Source: Permianibacter sp. (GTDB lineage: Bacteria > Pseudomonadota > Gammaproteobacteria > Enterobacterales > Permianibacteraceae). From it: a stretch of DNA of 64,000 nucleotides. Under the pieces are notes generated by a model, which saw only the letters and a program-made list of their open reading frames with translations, was not told the origin of the DNA and ran no database searches. The stretch lies in assembly GCA_041914645.1 (NCBI GenBank), contig JAYSCY010000006.1, positions 241,647 through 305,646 on the forward strand, read 5' to 3'. Below, piece after piece: positions 26,735-35,585 of this stretch. Every line of letters starts with the position of its first letter. The first letter of the stretch is position 1. The translations under genes and the position numbers were made by a program.

Positions 26735-28738
26735 ATGTCTCCCCTGATCCCCAACTACGTTATCCAGTCTGTCGGCAGTGCCTTGGTCGCGGTGCTGCTC
26801 TGGCATTACTTTCGCACCTACCGGCAACCCTACCTTCGGTTCTGGGCCATCAGCTTCACTGCATTGATGGTCGCGCTGCTTGGCACACTGGCCTCGCTCG
26901 GCCTGCGCGCACACGGGCAAGTGCCAACCGACGTCGCCATGCTGCTGATGAGCTGGCTGACCGTTGCTGCCGGCTACCTGCAGATACTGGCCTTGCTGGT
27001 TGGCGTAGGGCTGGTGCTGGACCCGCAGCGACGGCTGCCAGGTACCAACCAGTTAGTCATTGCCAGCGCGCTGGTCAGCGTGCTGCTTGTGCTGCCCTAC
27101 GCCGATGCACCGGATGGCAGCTTCATCCGGCTCACCTTGCGTTATGGCCTGCGCTACCTGCTGGCCGGGTTGGCCTTGCTGGCTGCGGCGATCCTGCTGA
27201 TGCGGCTCTGGCAGCGTTCGCAACTCGGCTTGCGGCTGGTGTCATTGTGCTTTTTCGTGTTCGGTCTCGAACTGGCGGTACTCGGCAGCCTGAATATCGC
27301 CATGAATTTCGGTGTCGGTGCCGACCTGCTCGATGCTCTGGTGCGCCTGCACGGGTTGCTGGAGCTGCTGATCTACCCGGCCATCGGCCTTGGCCTGGTC
27401 ATCTGGTTGCTGGAGCAGGAGCGGCTGCGGGCCGCCAGTGCGGTACAGGCACTGAGCCAGCTCAACCGCACCGACCCGCTGACCGGACTGGCCAATGCCG
27501 CCACCATTCCGTTGTGGTCACCTCCGGCTGGTGTCGGTCAGGAGCCCGCCGTGCTGGCAGTGCTGAGTTTTGGCATGTACCGGCAGGCCCACACGCACGG
27601 GTCGGAACTGGAACGTGATGCGGTGCTGCAGCGCATTGGCATTCAGTTGCGGACCCTGCAACCGGCGGTTCCGCTGCTGGGCCGGTTGGCTGGCGACGAA
27701 TTTGTTCTGCTCTGGCGCGCCCACCTCGATCCGCAGCTGAGTCTGATGCGTTGGTGCCAGCAGCTCGACAGCCTGATCGCCCGCACCGGCCATCCGGGCA
27801 AGCTGGCGGCGCACGCCGGCTGGGTCCGGCTGCCGGACGGAATGCCAGTCAGCGATGCCTTGCCGCAGGCTCGCGCCGCACTGGAAATCAGCTGGCAGGA
27901 CGGCGCGCCCGTTTGTCCGTTTGAGCCAGCAATGGCCGACCGCCAGCAAGCCCGCCGGCAAATCGAAAGTGAGATCCTGCAGGCACTCGAGCGGCACGAA
28001 TTTTTGCCCTATCTGCAACCAATTGTCGAAATCGCCAGCGAGCAAGTGGTCAGCTTCGAGTTGCTGGCGCGCTGGCAGCATCCGCGCCGTGGCCTGCTGC
28101 CGCCCTCGGTATTTATCGAACTGCTGCATCAATACCAGCGCATCGACGAACTCGATCTGCTCTGCGTTCGCCATGCCTGCCAATTGCTGCACGACACGCC
28201 GCAGCTTCGCGAACGGCAACAGGGGCTGTCGGTCAACCTCAGCCCGCAGACACTGCAACGCGCCGACTTGCCGGCACAAATGGCGGCGCTGCTGCGCCAG
28301 TTCCCCATCAACCCGGCGCGGCTGACGCTGGAAGTGACCGAATACGCCGCGATGGCTAGTCTGGAGGCCGGCCTTGCAACCTTGTTGGCGCTGCGCGAGC
28401 AGGGCTTCGGTGTGGCCATCGATGATTTTGGCACCGGCTATTCGTCACTGACCTACCTGACCCAGCTACCGGCAACCGTGATCAAGTTTGACCGGGCATT
28501 CATCCGCGATCTCGACCTCTCCGCCACCTCGCGCCTGATGCTGCAGACACTGGTGCCGCTCTGCCACCGGCTTGGCAAGCGCGTGGTGGCAGAAGGAGTG
28601 GAAACCCGTGCGCAATGGCAGCGTGTCCGCGAAGCCGGTTTCGATTGCGTGCAGGGCTATGCCTATGCCGCACCGCTGCCCGTCGACGCTGCGCTGCAAT
28701 TGGCGCATGTACTGCCGCTGCAACCGGCGGGTGGGTGA
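26735..28738 (+). CDS. Membrane sensor with degenerate GGDEF and an EAL domain
   Basis: About 7 N-terminal TM helices; LNRTDPLTGLAN...LAGDEFVLLW (GGDEF-like, degenerate). EAL motifs are present: EFLPYLQPIV, LEVTE, DDFGTGYSSLTYL, EGVET. Confidence 0.85.
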   Translation: MSPLIPNYVIQSVGSALVAVLLWHYFRTYRQPYLRFWAISFTALMVALLGTLASLGLRAHGQVPTDVAMLLMSWLTVAAGYLQILALLVGVGLVLDPQRRLPGTNQLVIASALVSVLLVLPYADAPDGSFIRLTLRYGLRYLLAGLALLAAAILLMRLWQRSQLGLRLVSLCFFVFGLELAVLGSLNIAMNFGVGADLLDALVRLHGLLELLIYPAIGLGLVIWLLEQERLRAASAVQALSQLNRTDPLTGLANAATIPLWSPPAGVGQEPAVLAVLSFGMYRQAHTHGSELERDAVLQRIGIQLRTLQPAVPLLGRLAGDEFVLLWRAHLDPQLSLMRWCQQLDSLIARTGHPGKLAAHAGWVRLPDGMPVSDALPQARAALEISWQDGAPVCPFEPAMADRQQARRQIESEILQALERHEFLPYLQPIVEIASEQVVSFELLARWQHPRRGLLPPSVFIELLHQYQRIDELDLLCVRHACQLLHDTPQLRERQQGLSVNLSPQTLQRADLPAQMAALLRQFPINPARLTLEVTEYAAMASLEAGLATLLALREQGFGVAIDDFGTGYSSLTYLTQLPATVIKFDRAFIRDLDLSATSRLMLQTLVPLCHRLGKRVVAEGVETRAQWQRVREAGFDCVQGYAYAAPLPVDAALQLAHVLPLQPAGG

Positions 28739-28872
28739 GTGGCGTCAGATTTTGATGCCGGTGAGTTGAGCCTTGATGTTTTTGGCTGCGACTTTGATCT
28801 GCAAAGTTTGCCCGAGTACAAAGTACAGCCACATGCGTCTGAACCCTCTACGCGGGTTCGGACCTATGAGCA

Positions 28873-29556
28873 TTACCTACAAAACTTTTCATCCATGCCA
28901 TTCTCTTTACGAGACGATTGAATATCATTCCACTTGGCACTCACTTGCGCTGCAAAAGTGGCTAAACCCTCGCTACTCACGTGCGCCTTTTCCGGCCAGC
29001 TCTCTGCAGGGATAAAAGCTACTTCAGGATATATATGTGCGAATTCAGGTAATTCTTCGATCTCGCTCTTCACTCGATCTAGCGTTTTTAGAAGCGTTTC
29101 TTGGCTGCAAAATGCATAGCCGTTTATGAATGGTCCTGATAGTTGGTGAAAGGCTCCAAAGGCGCTTGAAAGCTCAAAGGCTGCACTGCCAATGCCACCT
29201 ATCATTTTCGGATCCAAAATAGACTTGTAGAGTCGGGCGCGATATTGTGCCGAGTAAAACCAATAAACAGCTTCATCCCGGAGTCCAATGTCATATAGCC
29301 GAACTGCAGCCACGTACATGGCTTCAATCGGAAGCCTGCCGAACTCGGACTTCATTTCAACGACTGTTTTCGCGAGCGCCTCCTCATCCTTGGCGCGCAA
29401 TTTGTCGCTGAATTTCCCAACATTTACTTCTGGTCCGTCGGAGTTGTAGAACGGTGAGACATAGATTGGCATTGGCTCAGCAGATTGCGTTCTCTCCGAG
29501 GTTAGGTATAAGGGAAGCGCTACCAATAGTGCGGCAAAGAAATTTATTCTGTTCAA
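28873..29556 (-). CDS. Hypothetical exported protein (orphan, AT-rich)
   Basis: A TTG start 6 nt after AGGAG. The signal-like N-terminus is LNRINFFAALLVALPLYLTSERTQSA. No domain was recognised. Confidence 0.55.
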   Translation of the reverse strand: MNRINFFAALLVALPLYLTSERTQSAEPMPIYVSPFYNSDGPEVNVGKFSDKLRAKDEEALAKTVVEMKSEFGRLPIEAMYVAAVRLYDIGLRDEAVYWFYSAQYRARLYKSILDPKMIGGIGSAAFELSSAFGAFHQLSGPFINGYAFCSQETLLKTLDRVKSEIEELPEFAHIYPEVAFIPAESWPEKAHVSSEGLATFAAQVSAKWNDIQSSRKENGMDEKFCR

Positions 29557-29587
29557 CGCAGTCTCCTGAAGTCTGGTCGATGGCCAA

Positions 29588-31030
29588 TTAAATTTTAATG
29601 CACACATTTTTCGCCTCAGTAAAAAACCTCAGCGCCTCAACTCCACCTTCCCGCCCAACACCACTCTGCTTCACGCCACCAAACGGCGTCCGCAAGTCTC
29701 TAAGTAACCAGCAGTTCACCCAGACAATCCCGGACTCCAACGCCGCGGCCACCCGATGCGCCCGCTTCAAGTCAGTGGTCCAGACACTCGCCGCCAAGCC
29801 ATATGCGGTGCCGTTGGCGTAACCGAGCACTTCATTTTCGGAGTCGAATGGGGTGATGGTTGCGACGGGTCCGAAAATCTCTTCCTGGTTCGTGCGGCAA
29901 TCTGGCGCCAGATTTTCAAAAAGGGTTGGCGCAATAAACCAGCCGTTTTGGCAACGGCCTTCCGGTTTGATGGCATGGCCGCCGGTCAGCAGTCGACCGC
30001 CTTCCTGCTTGGCCAGCTCGATATAGCCCAGCACTTTGTCGAAATGCAGTTTGGAAACGATGGCGCCTTGCTGGTTGCCGGCGTCCATCGGGTCGCCGAC
30101 TTTCAGATTTGTGATCTTGGCGACCAGCGCATCGCGGAATTTTTCGTAGATCGGCCGCTCGACATAGATGCGCGAGCCACACAGGCAGATCTGGCCCTGG
30201 TTGCTGAACCCGGCCCGCACCACTTCATTGACGGTTTGTTCGATATCGCAGTCGGCAAAGACCAAGGTCGGATTTTTGCCGCCGAGCTCCAGTGACAATT
30301 TCTTGAACTTTGGCGCAGCAATGCTGGCGATATGCTCGCCGGTCTTGGTGCCGCCGGTAAACGAAATGGCCTTCACCTGTGGGTGCGAGACGATGGCATT
30401 GCCGCATTTACCACCAAGACCGTGGACGATATTGAGCACGCCCGGCGGCAGCCCGACTTCCCGGCAGATATTGGCCAGCAGGAAGGCCGTCATCGGCGTC
30501 ACTTCACTGGGTTTGGCGACCACGCAATTGCCAGCGGCCAGCGCCGGGGCAATTTTCCAGCTGAACAGATACAGCGGTAGATTCCACGGGCTGATGCAGC
30601 CGACAACGCCAATCGGATCACGCAGGGTGTAGTTGATGGCGACATCGGGCATGGCGTGGCTTTCGCTGGCCCATTGGGTAATGGCGTGAGCGAAGAAGCG
30701 AAAGTTGTGCGCGGCGCGCGGAATATCGACCGTGCGGGCGACGCTCACCGGCTTGCCATTGTCCATGCTCTCGGCTTCGGCCAGTGCTTCATTCCACTGT
30801 TCAATGCGATCGGCGATGGCACTGAGCAGGCGTGAACGCTCATCGAGGCTGGTGCGTTTCCAGCCGGGGAAGGCGGCGCGCGCCGCCTGCACCGCCAGCT
30901 CGACATCGCGCTCATCGGAGTCGGCGATGCGGGAATAGACTTCACCGGTGGCAGGTTCGTAGTTGTCGAGCCAGCCGTTGCTTTGCGCAGGCACCAGCTC
31001 GCCATTGATGTAATTGAGGATGTCGGTCAT
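29588..31030 (-). CDS. nbaE: NAD-dependent aldehyde dehydrogenase, probable 2-aminomuconate-6-semialdehyde dehydrogenase
   Basis: MTDILNYINGELVPAQSNGWLDNYEPATGEVYSRIADS...ELGGKNP...FSNQGQICLCGSR. The assignment to the pathway is contextual. An alternative start is at 31042. Confidence 0.8.
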   Translation of the reverse strand: MTDILNYINGELVPAQSNGWLDNYEPATGEVYSRIADSDERDVELAVQAARAAFPGWKRTSLDERSRLLSAIADRIEQWNEALAEAESMDNGKPVSVARTVDIPRAAHNFRFFAHAITQWASESHAMPDVAINYTLRDPIGVVGCISPWNLPLYLFSWKIAPALAAGNCVVAKPSEVTPMTAFLLANICREVGLPPGVLNIVHGLGGKCGNAIVSHPQVKAISFTGGTKTGEHIASIAAPKFKKLSLELGGKNPTLVFADCDIEQTVNEVVRAGFSNQGQICLCGSRIYVERPIYEKFRDALVAKITNLKVGDPMDAGNQQGAIVSKLHFDKVLGYIELAKQEGGRLLTGGHAIKPEGRCQNGWFIAPTLFENLAPDCRTNQEEIFGPVATITPFDSENEVLGYANGTAYGLAASVWTTDLKRAHRVAAALESGIVWVNCWLLRDLRTPFGGVKQSGVGREGGVEALRFFTEAKNVCIKI

Positions 31031-31091
31031 TTCGGTTCTCATGCGCCTGTCAGTTAGCGCGATTACTTTGGCAATTACGTGGGCTGAGCTT

Positions 31092-31185
31092 AACCACCCA
31101 TAACCCCTCCTTGCAAAGGCGGGGGATCGACACGCCACCGATTGGTTTCGCTCACTTCCTCGTCAAGGCGGGGCTGGGGGTGGTC
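31092..31185. repeat. REP/MITE-like palindromic intergenic element, family 2
   Basis: The arms are AACCACCCATAACCCCTCCTTGCAAAGGCGGGG and CTTCCTCGTCAAGGCGGGGCTGGGGGTGGTC. The same family occurs at 62779-62899. Confidence 0.8.
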
Positions 31186-31251
31186 GGACTCAGCTAGCGC
31201 AGTCGCTGACTATGGCGCCGCTATCCGTACAAATCCGCACACTTTTTTTAT

Positions 31252-32052
31252 TTACAGGCACAAAGTCCTGCCACCATCGACCGGTACGTTGATGCCGGTG
31301 ACATAGCTCGCCGCTGGCGACACCAGAAAACCGATCACGTTGGCCAGCTCTTCCGGTTCGGCGAAACGGCGCAGCGGGATGCTGAGTTTTTCTTCTTCTT
31401 CGACATCGGCAACCGACATGCCGCTCTTCTGCGCCTTGTTGGCAAACACCGCCTCAAGCCGACCGGTTTTGGTGGCGCCGGGCAGGACATTGTTGACGGT
31501 AATGCCAAACGGACCCAGTTCACCGGCCAAGGTTTTGGCCCAGTTGGCGACCGCACCGCGCACGGTATTGCTGACACCGAGGTTGGCAATTGGCTGTTTC
31601 ACCGAGGTGGAAATGACATTGATGATGCGGCCGTATCCGGCGGTTTTCATGCCGGGCAACAGCGCCTGCACCAACAGCTGGTTGCAGATGAGGTGCTGAT
31701 TGAACGCCGCCAGAAACTGCTCCGAAGTGGCACCATGTGCCGGGCCCGGGGCTGGGCCACCGGTGTTGTTGATCAGAATGTCGCAACGCTCGCCGCGTGC
31801 CAGGTAATCGGTAATCGCCTTCTGCACCGAGCTCGGATCACCAAAATTGGCGACCACCGTGTGATGTGCCGCTTCGCCGGGCAATTGCCGAACGACCGCA
31901 GCGAGCTTGTCGGCATCACGCGCCATCAAGGTAACGGCGGCGCCCTGTGCGGCGAGCTGCATGGCGGTGGCAAGGCCGATGCCTTGGGTGCTGCCGCAGA
32001 CCAGCGCGCGATGGCCATCAAGGCGAATGGGGAGGGAAGATGCGTTCTGCAT
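31252..32052 (-). CDS. SDR-family oxidoreductase (FabG-like)
   Basis: LVCGSTQGIGLATAMQLAAQGAAV (TGxxxGxG) plus an NNTGG motif. 266 aa. Confidence 0.85.
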   Translation of the reverse strand: MQNASSLPIRLDGHRALVCGSTQGIGLATAMQLAAQGAAVTLMARDADKLAAVVRQLPGEAAHHTVVANFGDPSSVQKAITDYLARGERCDILINNTGGPAPGPAHGATSEQFLAAFNQHLICNQLLVQALLPGMKTAGYGRIINVISTSVKQPIANLGVSNTVRGAVANWAKTLAGELGPFGITVNNVLPGATKTGRLEAVFANKAQKSGMSVADVEEEEKLSIPLRRFAEPEELANVIGFLVSPAASYVTGINVPVDGGRTLCL

Positions 32053-32164
32053 GTTCTGGTACCTTTGTAAAAGCTCGATATTACACGAAAGTGAAATACT
32101 GCCGGACAGCCTGGCCGTGCTCTGCGGTACTATACGCGCCCTTTGAAACCCATCCCGGCAGGCA

Positions 32165-33448
32165 ATGAGTACGCATCACGAACTTCGAAAAAAGCGGATG
32201 GCTGTCGGCAGCCTGAAGCCCGGCATGTTCGTCTGCGAGCTGGACCGGCCGTGGGAACAATCCCCCTTTCTTTTTCAAGGCTTCCCGCTGTTGTCGGATG
32301 ACGACATCCTGGCGGTCAAATTGCTGTGCGAATTTGTCTACATCGACGAAGCGCGCACTATCGAGATTGGGGCGCCCAGGCGCACGCTCAGCCTGGTTCC
32401 AATGGCGGGCAAGGTGGAGACCGACAGTAACCACCCGGTCCGCGTCAGTCTGGCCGAAGAAGCGGAACACGCTGGGTTTGTTCATGCCCACGGCAAGGCG
32501 GTGGTCGAAAAAGTATTTGATGACATCCTGACCGGACATGCCATTCCGGTGCAGGACTGCCGCGCGCTCATTCGCCAATGCGTCAGCAGTCTGGTGCGCA
32601 ATGAGAACGCGCTGATCTGGTTCTCCCGCTTGAAGTCCCGTGACGAATACACCGCACTGCATTGCCTCAGTGTTGCCGTGTTGGCGGCTGGCTTTGCCCG
32701 CCATCTCGGCCACAGCGAAACCGAGATGGAAGATATCGGTCTTGCCGGCTTGTTGCATGATGTCGGCAAGATTCAACTCGATCAAACCATCCTGAACAAA
32801 CCGGAACGGTTGACCGCAGAAGAATACGAGCACGTCAAACAGCACGCCGCGCTTGGCTATCAGCTGTTGTCGGAGCAAGCCGTTGGCGACTGGCCGCTGA
32901 TTGCCGCGCGCAGCCACCACGAACGGCTGGACGGTGCCGGTTATCCGCAGGGTCTGGCCGGTACCAGCATCCCCTATGTTGCCAAGCTGATTGCGGTGGT
33001 GGATTGCTACGACGCGATCACGTCAAACCGGGTCTACGATGCTGCCCGCTCCACCAGCAAGGCGTTCAAGGTGCTGATGGAAGAGAAGGGCAAGCATTTT
33101 GACGAACGGCTGGTGGAAAAATTCATCGAGTGGATCGGGGTTTACCCGGTTGGCAGTCTGGTGGAGTTGCACACCGGCGAGATCGGCATTGTGGTCGCGG
33201 TCAATCCGAAACACCGGTTGAAGCCCGAGCTGATGCTGGTGCGGGACGAGCTGCAGTTTGTCTGCGAGCCGCGCTACCTCGATTTGGCAACCGACCCGCG
33301 CGACGCCAACGGGCAACTGTATCGCATTCGGGACAGCCATCCGGATCGCGCCTTTGGTATTGACGTTCGGCAATACGAAAAGCAAGGTCTGTTCACGGCG
33401 CGCTACTTGTCGGCGACTCCTGTCGCAGTAAGCGGTGGAACTCGCTGA
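32165..33448 (+). CDS. HD-GYP domain c-di-GMP phosphodiesterase
   Basis: ...AGLLHDVGKIQLDQTILNKPERLTAEEYEHVKQHA...SHHERLDGAGYPQGL... Confidence 0.88.
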   Translation: MSTHHELRKKRMAVGSLKPGMFVCELDRPWEQSPFLFQGFPLLSDDDILAVKLLCEFVYIDEARTIEIGAPRRTLSLVPMAGKVETDSNHPVRVSLAEEAEHAGFVHAHGKAVVEKVFDDILTGHAIPVQDCRALIRQCVSSLVRNENALIWFSRLKSRDEYTALHCLSVAVLAAGFARHLGHSETEMEDIGLAGLLHDVGKIQLDQTILNKPERLTAEEYEHVKQHAALGYQLLSEQAVGDWPLIAARSHHERLDGAGYPQGLAGTSIPYVAKLIAVVDCYDAITSNRVYDAARSTSKAFKVLMEEKGKHFDERLVEKFIEWIGVYPVGSLVELHTGEIGIVVAVNPKHRLKPELMLVRDELQFVCEPRYLDLATDPRDANGQLYRIRDSHPDRAFGIDVRQYEKQGLFTARYLSATPVAVSGGTR

Positions 33449-35585
33449 TCGACATCGGTCGGTAGAAAAAATAGCCCTGCACTTCGTCGATGCCATCGGC
33501 TTCCACCAGGTCCAGCTGCGCCTGGGTCTCAACGCCCTCTGCCGTGATCTGCAATTGCAAGGCCCGACACAGCGTCACGATCGACGACAACAGCGCCCGT
33601 CCGCGCGGTGACATGTCGAGATCGGAAATGAAGCTGCGGTCAATCTTGACCCGGTCAAGCGGCAGCAGCTTCAGATAGCTCAGTGACGAATAGCCGGTGC
33701 CGAAATCATCGAGCGCAATGCTGAATCCGCTGTCGCGCAGCCGTTGCAATCGCTCGCTGGCAAAGGTGATGTCTTCGAGCAGGAACGATTCGGTAACTTC
33801 CAGCTCCAGTTTGTCGACCGGTGCATTCGACAGTCGCACCGCTTCATGCAGGACCGCCGCCAGATTTTCATCGCGCAGTTGCCGACCGGACAGATTGATG
33901 GCGAGCTTGATGTCATGGCGGTCGCGTTGCCACTGGGCCAGCAAACCGGTTGCTTCCAGCATCAGCCAATGACCGATCGGCACGATCAGCCCCAGCTCCT
34001 CGGCAAGTGGAATGAAGGTGGCGGGCGGAATGCGGCCGAGTTCCTCCGGCTCCCAGCGCAGCAGCGCTTCGGCCCCGGCGATTTTGCGCGACGGAATGGC
34101 AACCTTGGGTTGCAGTGCCAGCGTGAATTCGCCGTTGTCGACCGCTCGCCGCATCAGGTTGCTGAGCTTGACCCGGTGCAGCAGGTTCTCATTCATGTCG
34201 GGCCGGTACAGCGTGTAGCGATTACGGCCATCGCGTTTGGCGGCGTACATCGCTGCGTCAGCTTGCCGCAGCAACAGCCCCGCTTCATTGCTGTGCAGCG
34301 GGGCCAGCGTGATGCCGATGCTGATCGTGGTGGTGATCATTTCCTCGCCGAACGGGAACGGATCATTCATCACGGTGACCAGCTTCTTGGCGACATCCAG
34401 ATATTCCGTGTCGCTGGTGCTGATCAGAATCGCAAATTCGTCGCCACCCCAGCGGGCAATCACGTCGCGTTTGCGCAAGCTGTGCTGCAGGCGGTCGGCG
34501 ACTTGCATCAGCAGGGCATCACCGGCCTGGTGGCCGAGTGCGTCGTTGATTTCCTTGAAGCCATCGAGATCCAGAAACAGCACGGCCAGTTGCTCGCCAC
34601 TGGCAAGCGACTTCAACCGTTGCTCGAGTTGCTGCTGGAATTGTTGCCGGTTTGGCAACTGGGTCAGGTGATCGTAGCGGGTCAGTCGTTCGACATTTTC
34701 GGCGGCGCGCTGGCGCTCGCTGATATCGCGCAGTGACAGCACCAGCTGAGTCAGTTTGCCATCGGCATCGCGGATGGCGGAGGCTGTCACATCGAGTGGC
34801 AAGCGACTGCCGCCGGCCTGAATGCAGGTCAGCTCACCTTGCCAGCTGTGTTGGCCAAGAAAGGTCGACCAGGGAAAGTGACCGGACGAATCCAGCAACT
34901 GCTTGTCTACGGTGTGGCCGATCAGCTGCTCCAGCGGGTGGCCCAGCAACTTGGCGCAGGCAGCATTGACCTGCAGGATGCGCTGGTCCGCCGCGAGCAC
35001 CATGATGGCATCGCGGGTATTGGCAAAGGCGGCGGCGAGCAGCCGCTGATTTTCTTCAGCAGCCCGCTGGCCACTGATGTCCTTGCGGGTGCCACTGATG
35101 CGGGTAGCAACACCGGCGCTGTTGCGCTCGATGGCACGACCCCGGGTGCGGATCCAGCGCCAGCCAGTCTCGCCCTTGATGCGGTATTCGACATCATAGA
35201 CTTCGGTGTTGCCGAGCAGGTGCGAGTTCCAGACCAGCATCGCAGACGGAAAATCATCGGGATGGATACGCTCGGATACGGTTGGGAACGGGATGACCTC
35301 GACCGTTTCCTGACCATCCGGTGCTTCGAACCGGTGCAGGTGAATATCGTTGCTGGTGGCGTCCCACTCCCACATCAGTTCACCACTGCCCCACAGCGCA
35401 AGCCGCAGCCGCAATTGCACATCGGCCATGTCAGCCAGCGCCGTTTGCAGTGCCTGATTGATCGCCAGCAGTTCGCCGGCTTTGTCATTGAGCAGTTGCT
35501 CGGCCTGCTTGCGCGCCTCGCGTTCACGTTCGAGCCGGCGCTGCAGCAGCGCCAGTTCGTTGTCCGGGAGCTCGGGTGCTGTCAT
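33393..35585 (-). CDS. PAS-PAS-GGDEF-EAL c-di-GMP enzyme, coupled to the upstream H-NOX (HaCE-type)
   Basis: RWGGDEFAILI; EALLRWEP, LELEVTES, DDFGTGYSSLSYL. Its ATG overlaps the H-NOX stop (ATGA). Confidence 0.88.
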   Translation of the reverse strand: MTAPELPDNELALLQRRLEREREARKQAEQLLNDKAGELLAINQALQTALADMADVQLRLRLALWGSGELMWEWDATSNDIHLHRFEAPDGQETVEVIPFPTVSERIHPDDFPSAMLVWNSHLLGNTEVYDVEYRIKGETGWRWIRTRGRAIERNSAGVATRISGTRKDISGQRAAEENQRLLAAAFANTRDAIMVLAADQRILQVNAACAKLLGHPLEQLIGHTVDKQLLDSSGHFPWSTFLGQHSWQGELTCIQAGGSRLPLDVTASAIRDADGKLTQLVLSLRDISERQRAAENVERLTRYDHLTQLPNRQQFQQQLEQRLKSLASGEQLAVLFLDLDGFKEINDALGHQAGDALLMQVADRLQHSLRKRDVIARWGGDEFAILISTSDTEYLDVAKKLVTVMNDPFPFGEEMITTTISIGITLAPLHSNEAGLLLRQADAAMYAAKRDGRNRYTLYRPDMNENLLHRVKLSNLMRRAVDNGEFTLALQPKVAIPSRKIAGAEALLRWEPEELGRIPPATFIPLAEELGLIVPIGHWLMLEATGLLAQWQRDRHDIKLAINLSGRQLRDENLAAVLHEAVRLSNAPVDKLELEVTESFLLEDITFASERLQRLRDSGFSIALDDFGTGYSSLSYLKLLPLDRVKIDRSFISDLDMSPRGRALLSSIVTLCRALQLQITAEGVETQAQLDLVEADGIDEVQGYFFYRPMSISEFHRLLRQESPTSSAP

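Noticed and set aside
26638-27618. A 326-aa plus-strand ORF overlapping the 5' half of the GGDEF-EAL gene.
   Set aside because: It is an alternate frame of a gene with clear TM, GGDEF and EAL features. The product is Ala/Arg/Pro-rich with no motifs.
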